Shown: positions 23,373-32,548 of the stretch, in pieces
Numbering within the stretch: position 1 is the stretch's first letter
Layout of the letters: each line of letters starts with the position of its first letter
Source: a virus
Virus record (IMG/VR): IMGVR_UViG_3300045450_000145
Span: 96,001 to 160,000 of that record
Strand: one strand, 5' to 3'
Length of the DNA: 64,000 nt
Position numbers and translations under genes: made by a program
Notes under the pieces: model-generated
What the model was told of the DNA's origin: nothing
Seen by the model: the letters and a program-made list of their open reading frames with translations, nothing else
Databases searched by the model: none

Positions 23373-24014
23373 ATGAAAAGAGTAGTAATCGCCATATCGG
23401 CTATTGCAGCCGGTGTAGCTTACGGCGCACACGAAGTTCTTGACGGTGTGCCAGAACCAATCCCTACTGCTGTCATTTCGGAAAAACCAGAAAAGTCAGT
23501 CGGTGGACAGGCAGCTATTTTGCTTCCTCGGGACCTCAATTCAAAGCAAGCATACTTACTAAATACTGCATATAAAATCGCGAAAGATGAAGGGTTTAAA
23601 AATCCTGAAGTTATGCAGGCCATCTTGCTGCAAGAAACCGAAGCTGGCGCCATGAAGTCCTATAAGGTCGCAAATCCTGGTAAGGATGCATACTTTGGCC
23701 CAATGCAAATTAAGCTTGGTGCAGCGAAAGATGTTTTACTCCGTCACCCAACTCTGTATAAGAAATATGATTTCCATACGCAAACGGATGACGAAGTAAA
23801 AGCGAATCTAATTTTAAATGAGAAGTTTAACATCGAGGTTGCTACTAAGTATGTTAAGCTCCTGCAGACAACATATGGCTTAGCAGGCAGGGCACTAGTG
23901 AACGCCTATAATAGGGGACCTGGTGGAGTCAAGAACGTCGACGATTCATTTTATTATGCCATCGAAGGCGAGAAGAAATTAGCCAACTATAAAAGAACTG
24001 TAAAATACAAATGA
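23373..24014 (+). CDS. Lytic transglycosylase (SLT/lysozyme-like) with N-terminal signal/anchor
   Basis: ILLQETEAG catalytic Glu, GPMQIK, AYNRGPG; hydrophobic N-terminus. Confidence 0.85.
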   Translation: MKRVVIAISAIAAGVAYGAHEVLDGVPEPIPTAVISEKPEKSVGGQAAILLPRDLNSKQAYLLNTAYKIAKDEGFKNPEVMQAILLQETEAGAMKSYKVANPGKDAYFGPMQIKLGAAKDVLLRHPTLYKKYDFHTQTDDEVKANLILNEKFNIEVATKYVKLLQTTYGLAGRALVNAYNRGPGGVKNVDDSFYYAIEGEKKLANYKRTVKYK

Positions 24015-24071
24015 AAGTATATTCATACAAAGAAAAGCAAACTCGACATTGTTACTTCACAGGAGAAACAT

Positions 24072-24338
24072 ATGTCGAGAACAGTTCGCAGAAACAAAAA
24101 CCGTAAAGTTCGCCTTAATATCTTCAGGCAATATCATGATTATGACGCACCTGCCTGGAGATATTATACAGATAATGGTATTGTAGACTTTGGGTATGAA
24201 GATAATTACGCTTACCCAATCCCTAATACTGAGGGCGAGATGCGTGCAGAATATAAACAGCACATGTACAAAGTAAAGTATAATCTTGAGCACTATGTGC
24301 CGTATTATAAGAAGACTGGCGCATGGGAATATTACTGA
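24072..24338 (+). CDS. Hypothetical protein (88 aa)
   Basis: AGGAG RBS; basic MSRTVRR N-terminus. Confidence 0.75.
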   Translation: MSRTVRRNKNRKVRLNIFRQYHDYDAPAWRYYTDNGIVDFGYEDNYAYPIPNTEGEMRAEYKQHMYKVKYNLEHYVPYYKKTGAWEYY

Positions 24339-24351
24339 TAAAGGAGACAAG

Positions 24352-25110
24352 ATGAAAGTAGATAGTAAAGAAATAGAAAATTATAAATCATATGTTAGAT
24401 ATCAAGTGCATTTAGTGTTTGATTTTTTAGTTGCAACTCAAATTTTGAGAAAACTTAAAAACCTTAATTTTAGCCTATTAACAAAATACGATGGGTCCGT
24501 GACATTGCATACTCTTCAATGTACCGATGATAATGTGCAACGTGGAATGCAGCTCATTAAAAGAATGTGCGAAAATTTCTCTGCAGTGACAGCGCATGAA
24601 TTGTGGTCAGTAAATCCAAATCAGAGAAAAAATAGTGAAAGCTTCTTAGATTTTCACACTAATAAAATAAGAAGTATTGATAGCATTACAATATCTAAAG
24701 ACGACATTTATCAAAAATTGCAGGAAGTAGATGCTATAAGAAATAGTTATGACAGTAATCACTGGCTAAAGACTTACAAATTAAGGCAATCCTTCGCTCA
24801 TAAATTTCCTATATCGTCAAATGGTAGAAAATCTCAAGACGATATCTTTGAAAAAGATGGATCAATCAATCTTGATATTGAAATGACTAATCTGGCAACA
24901 AAGACATTTGAGGCCCTAATGCTAATTGAGCAAAATATACAAGGGCTTGAAATGTTTCAAACGTCATTAGTGGAGGTAGAAAATGAAGCTGAAGGGTACA
25001 TTAAATTGTATAGAGAAAGTACTATTAACACTCTAGAAGCCGAAAAAGAAAAAATAGAAAAATTTAAATCTTTTGAAGATACCAGCCTATGGATAGATTA
25101 CGTTCCTTAG
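24352..25110 (+). CDS. AT-rich hypothetical helical protein, possible HEPN-like RNase
   Basis: AAGGAG RBS before 24352; R-x4-H motif (LRQSFAH) in a helical protein; composition differs from neighbours. Confidence 0.45.
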   Translation: MKVDSKEIENYKSYVRYQVHLVFDFLVATQILRKLKNLNFSLLTKYDGSVTLHTLQCTDDNVQRGMQLIKRMCENFSAVTAHELWSVNPNQRKNSESFLDFHTNKIRSIDSITISKDDIYQKLQEVDAIRNSYDSNHWLKTYKLRQSFAHKFPISSNGRKSQDDIFEKDGSINLDIEMTNLATKTFEALMLIEQNIQGLEMFQTSLVEVENEAEGYIKLYRESTINTLEAEKEKIEKFKSFEDTSLWIDYVP

Positions 25111-25858
25111 AAGTATCAAATCTAGTTCTTTTCATAGAAGGAACGACTTGATTTAATTTGGCGTAAAAAGCCAATGTTGGTCTGTGTAAATTATGTAAAG
25201 CACAAAAGTCTTTGAGGACATCAAACTCAAAGACTTCTTGCATCGGGGATATTGCTTTCCATCTTTTTGGCTTATCTTCTCTCGGTAAGTATTTCCTAGC
25301 AACTCCATTTTTAGATGCCCACTTATCACGCATTTTTTGCTTAGTCTCTTCGGAATGCTTCGGGCGATTTAGGGCGGCAATTCTTCTTCGTTCGCTAGTT
25401 AATGGATTTTGATTCGCTTTTAGGGCTGCAATACGTTTCTTTTCAGAATAGCCAGGGTCTAATTTCATTCTATCGGCAGTTGCTTTTTGCCCTGCCCGAT
25501 ATTCTGGATCCTGCCATAATCTAATCATTCTTTCTCTTTGCTGCTCAGACATTAACTGCTTAATCATGGCAAATATTTTACTGCTAGGAATATATCTTTC
25601 CTGCCCTTTAGATGCACGTCTCATTTGTCTAATTGCAGATATTGCCTTACTTCTATTTTCACCGTCAGTCATCTTGATTAATAATAGGTGCGCAATGAAA
25701 TGCTGCCTTGCAGATAATCTAACTAGGTTTTCTTTATCATCACTGCCTCCCATCCCAGCCGGAATAATGTGATGAAGCTCCGTATAAGTGGCAGTAATAT
25801 CCGGATTGTTTATAATATTAAAATACCACTTTGTATATTTGTTTTGCTTAAATTGCAT
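25064..25858 (-). mobile_element. Free-standing HNH homing endonuclease with NUMOD3-like DNA-binding repeats
   Basis: ELHHIIPAGMGGSDDKENLVRLSARQHFIAHLLL; KHSEETKQKM; antisense to flanking genes, next to the primase. Confidence 0.9.
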
Positions 25859-26867
25859 GCTACCTCAAAAAAGTTTAATTGATGTGATTCGCGAAAAGGT
25901 CTGGTTACCAAATCCAGACCATAAAGGGTGGGCGAATACCAAGTGCATGGCGTGCAATGATCATTCCCCGCGCGGCGGATTCTATCACGATGGTATTTAT
26001 ACTTCGTATAGCTGCTTTAATTGTGGTGTCAAGTTCAAATATGAGGAAGGCTCAGGCAAGCTTTCACGTAATGCCAAGGACATCTTAGCTGACTTTGGCA
26101 TTACGCGAGAGGACCTACGCGAACTCACCTCCAGCATCTTCCTAGCACAAAAAGAAGAAAAGAACATCACGCTTGAGAGCTTAACTAAGGTTAGCTTGTT
26201 TACTCGTGAGGTTGCTTTTCCTGACCGCACAAAGCCATTACTATCCGAGGGTAATGAGCTATTGCAGGAACCTATTCTAGAATATCTAATTAGTAGGAAA
26301 ATTGACCCGCTTGAGCATCAACTCTATTATAGTTTAGATAGCAAGATGTTAAGAAGAGTCATTATCCCATTCTGGCGAGATAATAAACTAATTTATTGGC
26401 AGGCTCGAAGCATCGATAAAGATGTCAAGCCTAGATACTTAAATTGTGTCGTCACTAAGGAAGCTGTCATGTTTAACTATGATCAGCTTTATTCATACGA
26501 TGATGCTCCTCTGTTTATTACCGAAGGTGTCTTCGATGCATTGGCGGTTAATGGCATGGCAATTATGGGCGCGGGCCTGAATGAAGCTAAGATTGAAGTA
26601 TTAAAAAGATCAAAGAGGCGAAAGATATTTGTCGTTGATCGGGATGAGCCAGGTGAGAAGCTCGCTAAAAGCGCACTCGATAACGGATGGGAGATTACCT
26701 TTGTTGATGTTCGAGCAAATGACATCAATGACAGCATCATTAAGTTCGGTCGGCCATTCACTGCATATAGCCTGTTAAAGAACGCCACGAGCAAGCATAA
26801 TAAGTTACAATCATATACTAACATGTCAATGGGCTTTTTGGAAGCTCGTCTACGGAGAAGATATTGA
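25857..26867 (+). CDS. gp61: DNA primase (T4 gp61-like)
   Basis: Zinc-binding CMAC...CFNC; TOPRIM FITEGVFD and VVDRDEPG, D-x-ND. Start 25857 preferred over 25788. Confidence 0.93.
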   Translation: MLPQKSLIDVIREKVWLPNPDHKGWANTKCMACNDHSPRGGFYHDGIYTSYSCFNCGVKFKYEEGSGKLSRNAKDILADFGITREDLRELTSSIFLAQKEEKNITLESLTKVSLFTREVAFPDRTKPLLSEGNELLQEPILEYLISRKIDPLEHQLYYSLDSKMLRRVIIPFWRDNKLIYWQARSIDKDVKPRYLNCVVTKEAVMFNYDQLYSYDDAPLFITEGVFDALAVNGMAIMGAGLNEAKIEVLKRSKRRKIFVVDRDEPGEKLAKSALDNGWEITFVDVRANDINDSIIKFGRPFTAYSLLKNATSKHNKLQSYTNMSMGFLEARLRRRY

Positions 26868-28240
26868 ACAACAACGTGCCACTAATGGATGACGATGCTC
26901 AAAAATTATATTTGAACTCAATGATTTCAAATCCAGAGCTTTTTGCTAGAGTCAACAATCTGTTGTCACCTACCTATTTTGACCCTCAGTTTGCAAAGGG
27001 CGTTAAGTTCTTACAGGAATATTTCCAAGAAAATCGCGCCGTCCCTGCACCAAGCATCTTCACTGCCGCTACTAAGTTGTTGACAGAGAAGGTAGAATTA
27101 CAGCGTCAAGACGTGCAGTATGTCGCTGAACAAATCGCCGAGTTCTGCAAATTCCAAGCGTGTATTGAAGTTATTCGTAAAGCAACGGGCAAAGATGGGT
27201 ACTTTGAAACTGGCGACTTAGGTAAAATGGTCGCGCAGATGAAGGAAGCAACGCAAATTGGATTACAAACCGATTTTGGTATTGACTACTTTGATAATCC
27301 ACTTGAACGTTTAGAAAGAGCAGAAACCGAAGACGCGGTTATTTCTACTGGGTGGAAAGATGTAGACGCCGTTATTGGCGGTGGTATTGGCCGACAGGAA
27401 CTGATCATGTTCCTAGCACCTTCTGGCGGTGGTAAGTCAGTGGCGATGCTGAACTTGTCACTTAACTTATTGGCGCAGGGTTTAAAGGGCGTTTACATCT
27501 CTCTTGAAATGCGAGACAAGAAGGTCGCTTTACGTACGGACCAGATGATTGCGAAGATCGCCGCGGGCAACATTGCTGATTCTATGACTCAAGTTGCACA
27601 TGAGATTGAGAAGTTCGCAGCAGAAACAAATGCAAAGTTCTTCATTAAAAGAATGCGGGAAGGCTCAAATGCAAATGACATCATCGCATATCTACGACAA
27701 CTCGAGGCACATAGCGGCTTCAAGCCCGACTTCATCGTAGTCGACTACCTTGACATTATGACTTCAGTCCAGAAGGGCATTGGCGACAGCATGTTCTTAA
27801 AGGATAAGTACGTGTCTGAAGAAGTTCGAGCAATTGGATTTGATTACGACTGCATCATGATCTCTGCATCTCAGCTTGAGAAAGGTGCAACTGAAAAGAT
27901 CAACAATGGCGATAAGATGCACCAAGGTAACGTCCAAGGCGGCTCATCTAAAACAAACACTGCTGACTTGATGATCGCAACCGTTAAGACAGATCAGATG
28001 CATGAGGCTGGAGAATATCGATTTGAGTTCCCTAAGTCACGTAACTCCGATGCCAACACTAAGCAAGTCATGATGGGATGGGATAAGACTTCTCTTCGCA
28101 TCTTCGATCCAGGATCACAGCTAACTTTGAATAAAAAGAAGCGACCAGGTTTAGAGCTGACCTCAAATAAGCCAGGTGCAAAGAAGAATACTCTTGAAGA
28201 TATGCTTTCTAAGTTTGAACCTGAAAAGCACAACGCATAA
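26864..28240 (+). CDS. gp41: Replicative DnaB-like helicase (T4 gp41-like)
   Basis: Walker A APSGGGKS, ISLEM, IVVDYLD, SASQ, KSR; follows the primase. Confidence 0.95.
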   Translation: MNNNVPLMDDDAQKLYLNSMISNPELFARVNNLLSPTYFDPQFAKGVKFLQEYFQENRAVPAPSIFTAATKLLTEKVELQRQDVQYVAEQIAEFCKFQACIEVIRKATGKDGYFETGDLGKMVAQMKEATQIGLQTDFGIDYFDNPLERLERAETEDAVISTGWKDVDAVIGGGIGRQELIMFLAPSGGGKSVAMLNLSLNLLAQGLKGVYISLEMRDKKVALRTDQMIAKIAAGNIADSMTQVAHEIEKFAAETNAKFFIKRMREGSNANDIIAYLRQLEAHSGFKPDFIVVDYLDIMTSVQKGIGDSMFLKDKYVSEEVRAIGFDYDCIMISASQLEKGATEKINNGDKMHQGNVQGGSSKTNTADLMIATVKTDQMHEAGEYRFEFPKSRNSDANTKQVMMGWDKTSLRIFDPGSQLTLNKKKRPGLELTSNKPGAKKNTLEDMLSKFEPEKHNA

Positions 28241-28246
28241 TTAAAC

Positions 28247-28252
28247 TAAATA
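28247..28252 (+). promoter_or_regulatory. Late promoter core TAAATA
   Basis: About 29 nt upstream of ATG 28281; same spacing as the other late genes. Confidence 0.6.
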
Positions 28253-28280
28253 ATTGAACTTACACTAGAGGAGAAATAAC

Positions 28281-28508
28281 ATGTCCCACATTACCGTAGA
28301 CGGCACCCAACACGCCATTGAATCACTTTCACCAGCTGTTCAGCAGGCAGCTGCTATTTACCAACGTTTCCAAGGTGAGCTACAAGAAGCGCAACTTGAA
28401 GTTGTAAAGCTAAATGCGGCAATCCAACAAATTGGTAATCAGATTGCTCAAGCTATTAAGCAGGAAACTTCGCAGGAAGATAAAGCTGAAGAATATCCGG
28501 CTGAGTAA
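28281..28508 (+). CDS. Small late coiled-coil protein (75 aa)
   Basis: GAGGAG RBS; ITVDG...SLS...coiled coil. Confidence 0.8.
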   Translation: MSHITVDGTQHAIESLSPAVQQAAAIYQRFQGELQEAQLEVVKLNAAIQQIGNQIAQAIKQETSQEDKAEEYPAE

Positions 28509-28544
28509 TATACACCCTCAACTAGCATTAGATGCTAAATAAGG

Positions 28545-28577
28545 AATGGGCATAGAATTAATTCTATGCCCATTTTT
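28545..28577. terminator. Perfect 30-bp palindrome / terminator
   Basis: AATGGGCATAGAATT|AATTCTATGCCCATT (28545-28574) plus TTT; flanked by TAAATA at 28536 and 28580. Confidence 0.7.
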
Positions 28578-28610
28578 GATAAATAGAAGTCAAAATAAAT
28601 GGAATAACAC

Positions 28611-30887
28611 GTGGCAATTTCACACCTTGAAGACCTACCACTAGCTGAGTTTATTAAAGCTGTCGAAAACATTGGCTTAATGAAGGCGTCTGAAAAGCTG
28701 GACGGGGCGAATCTTTGGATGGGTTTAGATGATGACGGTAAGCTCTTTACTAACCGTTCTGGCAAGCGCAAGGGCTCCAAGAATTTCTACAGCGCTGACG
28801 AATATCCCCACTTCTCTGCATATAATGGTTTCAGAGGCGCACATGCGGCCCTCATGGAGAAGCTACCTGACATTAAGCGTATCATGCAGAACGGTCAAAT
28901 TGTAGAGTTAGAAATCCTATACGGCCGGCAGCCCAATGCGATCACTTATGGCGCTGGTGATAAATCATACATCGCCTTCTTACGAGGTGTTGAGGGCACT
29001 CCTGATGTCATTGCGGATCAGCTCTCGATGAGCTTAGGCGGTCAAACAGTTAGTGTTAGCGTTGACATTGTCGATACGTCTGATGGTGAAAACCTATCAT
29101 TAGATAAAGGCAGCATCTCCTTCCAATTTACCGGTGCACAAAATATTCCAGCTGAAAAGCTAAAGGATGTCAATCTATCAAAGCACTTAAATGAATTAAA
29201 GAAATACTTAGAGATGCCGGCGGGAGTAGATGGCGTTGAGGCGACAAACTACGACATCCTAACTAAAAACTTGACTTCATTTACAGTTGATGTTAGACCA
29301 CAAGTTAAAGCGGCGCGCTCAATAATTTTGGCCTCGGTCATGAAGGATTTTAAATTACCTATCAAGCGCGAGTTGCTTGATAATTACGTCAACAAAATTA
29401 AGCCTGCACTGGGCGCAGATAACGTTGATAAGGATGAAGACCTTGGCATTGAGGGGGTAGTTTTACGTGACCCTACTACAGGCAACATGATTAAGTTAGT
29501 TGATAAGGACACCTTTACCACCATCAACCAATTTAACCACTCTATTCGTAATCAAATTTCTGGTGTTGTCAAGAGCTTAGATCAAGATGCACCACTTGAA
29601 GCACGAGGTGGTATCTTGGGAAATATGAAGATTCAAATTGCAGATTTGTTAGGTAATAGAGAACTATCAAGAGGTGCAACTGCTAAAAAGGCATTCTTAG
29701 CAGTTAGAGGTGCTGACGCGGTAGAGACTGCTAAGAATTTCGCCGCTAACCTAGATATTCAAGACTTCCTTGGCACAAAGAGAAAAATTCTAGCATTAAT
29801 CGGGGCTGCAAATAAGCAGATGAAAGATTTACTGGCTGACTTTAAATCTAACAAAGATGAGTATCAACTTAAGCTGAAAAATGGCAAAATAATTGGCATT
29901 AGCAAGGAGATTGAAAAACGAACCCTGTTGGCATTTGCTGAATCTCTTCGCAACGTCAATGAGCTCTTTGAGAAGGTCAAAAAGTCTAAATCAATTACGC
30001 AAGTAGTTGCAATCCTATATGGGCACCTAATCAAGGATGCGCAAAATAGCGAAAAGCTAGACGAATCCCTATTATTAGAAAAGCGGTACGACACGGATAA
30101 GGCACGATATAGTGGCAAGGATGGTTGGACCTTATTAAACATTTACTTCGCCACCGTGTTCATGTCAGTCATTATGTTCCAAGCAGATGATGAACGTGGC
30201 ATCAAGTTGCTAAGGGATAAGGCTCATTATAGAATGTCTGGCTGGAGTAAGGAGATGTCTCCTCTTAATTTCTGGGGATATCCAATCTGGAAGTCATCGA
30301 CTCCTGCCGTAAAGAAGCTTATTGGTCCTAAAGCTACTGGCCAACTATTTAAAATCACACGTCGAGTGCCACCAAATCAATCACGCTTCTTACACATGGA
30401 CTTAAGCTTTGGTAAGGACGTACCTATGAATTGGGGCGATCACTACAAAACATTGAGGGTCCTGCAGCAATTTGATGGCATGAATACTGACCGTATAAAT
30501 ACCCTTATGAAGAGCGTCTTCACCTTTGAAACTCAAGACCATGATGGTCAAGTTAAGACAATTTCAAAGCTATTTTATTACGCTCAACAATTTATTCCAA
30601 CCTCACCTCTGTTTTCACGTATTAAGATAATTCAACAGAATTTACTAATTAACGCGAATGGAGAAAACGAGCATCTAGAAGAAATGAAACTATTAACTAG
30701 CGTTAATTCTCTAATTGAGAACGAAGAAGCTCAAGCAACAAAACAAGTTGACACTGCAGTAAAGGCTGCAGATGTAAATCCTGCGCCTGGTATTTCAGCG
30801 GAAAAGAAGGTGGAGAAGAGAAAACGAAACCCGAACATTGTTAAAAACAAGTTCCCACGCCCAAAGAATGCAGAGGATCAAAAATGA
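28611..30887 (+). CDS. Late protein with N-terminal ligase-superfamily nucleotidyltransferase domain
   Basis: Motif I SEKLDGAN, motif IV IEGVVLR, motif V-like IKLVDK; TAAATA at 28580; internal L-x-E sites. Confidence 0.65.
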   Translation: MAISHLEDLPLAEFIKAVENIGLMKASEKLDGANLWMGLDDDGKLFTNRSGKRKGSKNFYSADEYPHFSAYNGFRGAHAALMEKLPDIKRIMQNGQIVELEILYGRQPNAITYGAGDKSYIAFLRGVEGTPDVIADQLSMSLGGQTVSVSVDIVDTSDGENLSLDKGSISFQFTGAQNIPAEKLKDVNLSKHLNELKKYLEMPAGVDGVEATNYDILTKNLTSFTVDVRPQVKAARSIILASVMKDFKLPIKRELLDNYVNKIKPALGADNVDKDEDLGIEGVVLRDPTTGNMIKLVDKDTFTTINQFNHSIRNQISGVVKSLDQDAPLEARGGILGNMKIQIADLLGNRELSRGATAKKAFLAVRGADAVETAKNFAANLDIQDFLGTKRKILALIGAANKQMKDLLADFKSNKDEYQLKLKNGKIIGISKEIEKRTLLAFAESLRNVNELFEKVKKSKSITQVVAILYGHLIKDAQNSEKLDESLLLEKRYDTDKARYSGKDGWTLLNIYFATVFMSVIMFQADDERGIKLLRDKAHYRMSGWSKEMSPLNFWGYPIWKSSTPAVKKLIGPKATGQLFKITRRVPPNQSRFLHMDLSFGKDVPMNWGDHYKTLRVLQQFDGMNTDRINTLMKSVFTFETQDHDGQVKTISKLFYYAQQFIPTSPLFSRIKIIQQNLLINANGENEHLEEMKLLTSVNSLIENEEAQATKQVDTAVKAADVNPAPGISAEKKVEKRKRNPNIVKNKFPRPKNAEDQK

Positions 30888-32548
30888 AAACTAGTTTGCT
30901 GAAAGAGCTTTCTAATATTCCAGTCAACATACCAGTTAATTCACCAACTGACTTGAAAAACAGCGACAGCACTGATGCTGGTAAAAATGACGTACTGAAT
31001 AAAGTCAATGCAAAAGATGTTGGCTTCTCACTTATGAGAAACACCATCAACTCAGATGGCGAAGTTACTGGCAGCGACGTTGCAAATTATATTGAACGTG
31101 CTGAAGAACTTAATGACGAAGTCGATACCATTCCATTCGGTTTAGAAACTGACGATGGCCAAATTGTTAAGGTGTATGTAAATGCAGCAGAGGCAGATCG
31201 CTTTGAAGAAGCGATGAAGGGCATGCTTGGTATTGAAGACGACATTGAAGAAGCAATTAACAGACTAGCATCTGATTTTGACATCGTGGACGTTGTATGG
31301 CCTCGTGATCCTAATGCAGCTCCTGCAGATGGTGAAGCACCAAATCCAGATGATGATTTAAATATCGACGACTTATCTGACTTATTAGGCAACGATTTTG
31401 ATACAGAAGATGATGAAGATTTTGCAGATGATCAGTATGATGTAATTGCAGCGCAAGCTGCTCAAGAAAAGGATGATGCCGACGTTGGAGCAGATACTGA
31501 TAATGACGAACCTTCAGATGACGAAGATGATCCAGACGCTGAGCCAAAAGAAGATGATGAATCTGACGGCGATGATGAAGATAATGAAGATGAATCCGAC
31601 GAAGAGTCTGATGATGAATCTGAGGACGACGTTGAGTCTGAAGATAAGCCAAAGAAGAAAAAGAAAGCTAAGTCTGAAGACGACGAAGTAAAAGAATCAA
31701 TTAAAACACAGGAGCACTCAATGTCAATCGGTAAGAAGTTCTTAGAAAGAATGAATGAAGCGGCGGAAGATACAGACGGCATCAATGACGGCTTTAACAT
31801 TCCTCTTGATAGCCAGGCTAGAGCGTTATCCAGTAAGCTAAAGTTCCCATTAGCAAAGCGCCTAGTTGCTTTCTTCGTCATGAGTGGTATTCCTGGCCGT
31901 TATCTTAATAGCGAAGAAGCAGAAAGTGGCATTGCTGGCGCCGCAGATATGCTAAGAAAGCGCGTTGCAGTAAGACGCGCTTTTGTTGAATTATATGAAG
32001 GTCTAGCTAATGCAAAGGGATTTAACATTCCTGCGGAAACTGCAAATGAAAGTATTAAATCTAAAAAGATAAATGAAGCCGCAAAGCGCGGGTCATTTAT
32101 CCAGAAGCTGCTAGAATCAGTCTTAATTGAATTAGGCTTACCAGGTAGCTTAGTTTCTACATCTGGCCCATCCGCTGTCGGTACTGCAGTTTATGTTACT
32201 GCTGAAACTATTGAGCAGGATTCTACTTTAGAACGTTTACTAAGAGTATTAGCTTCACGTCTAGGCATCTCAGCATCTGAAGCCAATTCACAAATTGGTG
32301 AAGCTATTGACGTTGGTAATGACGACTTCTCAACAGCGATTGTAGAACTAATTTCTGCTTTAGGCATTGACGATGACGTGCTGCAACGCCGCAGGCCACA
32401 AGTCATTCAGCAGTTGCGCGCTAAGAAGGGCACTCTGCGTAATCGCGCGCAGATTATTACTCTTGCAAACCGCCTAAAGGACCTAGTTGGTAGAAATACC
32501 ATCCCTTCTGGCTCACAAGCTGACAATGCGAACGATACTGAGCAATAA
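30884..32548 (+). CDS. Acidic low-complexity, probably prohead core/internal protein (554 aa)
   Basis: MKTSLLKEL N-terminus; long D/E tract; repeated MNEA/INEA/VKES/LLES sites. Confidence 0.65.
   Translation: MKTSLLKELSNIPVNIPVNSPTDLKNSDSTDAGKNDVLNKVNAKDVGFSLMRNTINSDGEVTGSDVANYIERAEELNDEVDTIPFGLETDDGQIVKVYVNAAEADRFEEAMKGMLGIEDDIEEAINRLASDFDIVDVVWPRDPNAAPADGEAPNPDDDLNIDDLSDLLGNDFDTEDDEDFADDQYDVIAAQAAQEKDDADVGADTDNDEPSDDEDDPDAEPKEDDESDGDDEDNEDESDEESDDESEDDVESEDKPKKKKKAKSEDDEVKESIKTQEHSMSIGKKFLERMNEAAEDTDGINDGFNIPLDSQARALSSKLKFPLAKRLVAFFVMSGIPGRYLNSEEAESGIAGAADMLRKRVAVRRAFVELYEGLANAKGFNIPAETANESIKSKKINEAAKRGSFIQKLLESVLIELGLPGSLVSTSGPSAVGTAVYVTAETIEQDSTLERLLRVLASRLGISASEANSQIGEAIDVGNDDFSTAIVELISALGIDDDVLQRRRPQVIQQLRAKKGTLRNRAQIITLANRLKDLVGRNTIPSGSQADNANDTEQ

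Noticed and set aside
24011-24106. 31-codon ORF (MKVYSYKEKQ...) after the transglycosylase
   Set aside because: No clear RBS, and it overlaps the better-supported gene at 24072.
25064-25858. Group I intron hosting the HNH
   Set aside because: The HNH is antisense, the flanking genes look intact, and no P7/omega-G intron core was recognised; it is treated as free-standing.
31400-31690. GAT/GAA-rich low-complexity DNA as a possible tandem repeat element
   Set aside because: Fully explained by the D/E-rich coding tract; there is no fixed repeat unit.
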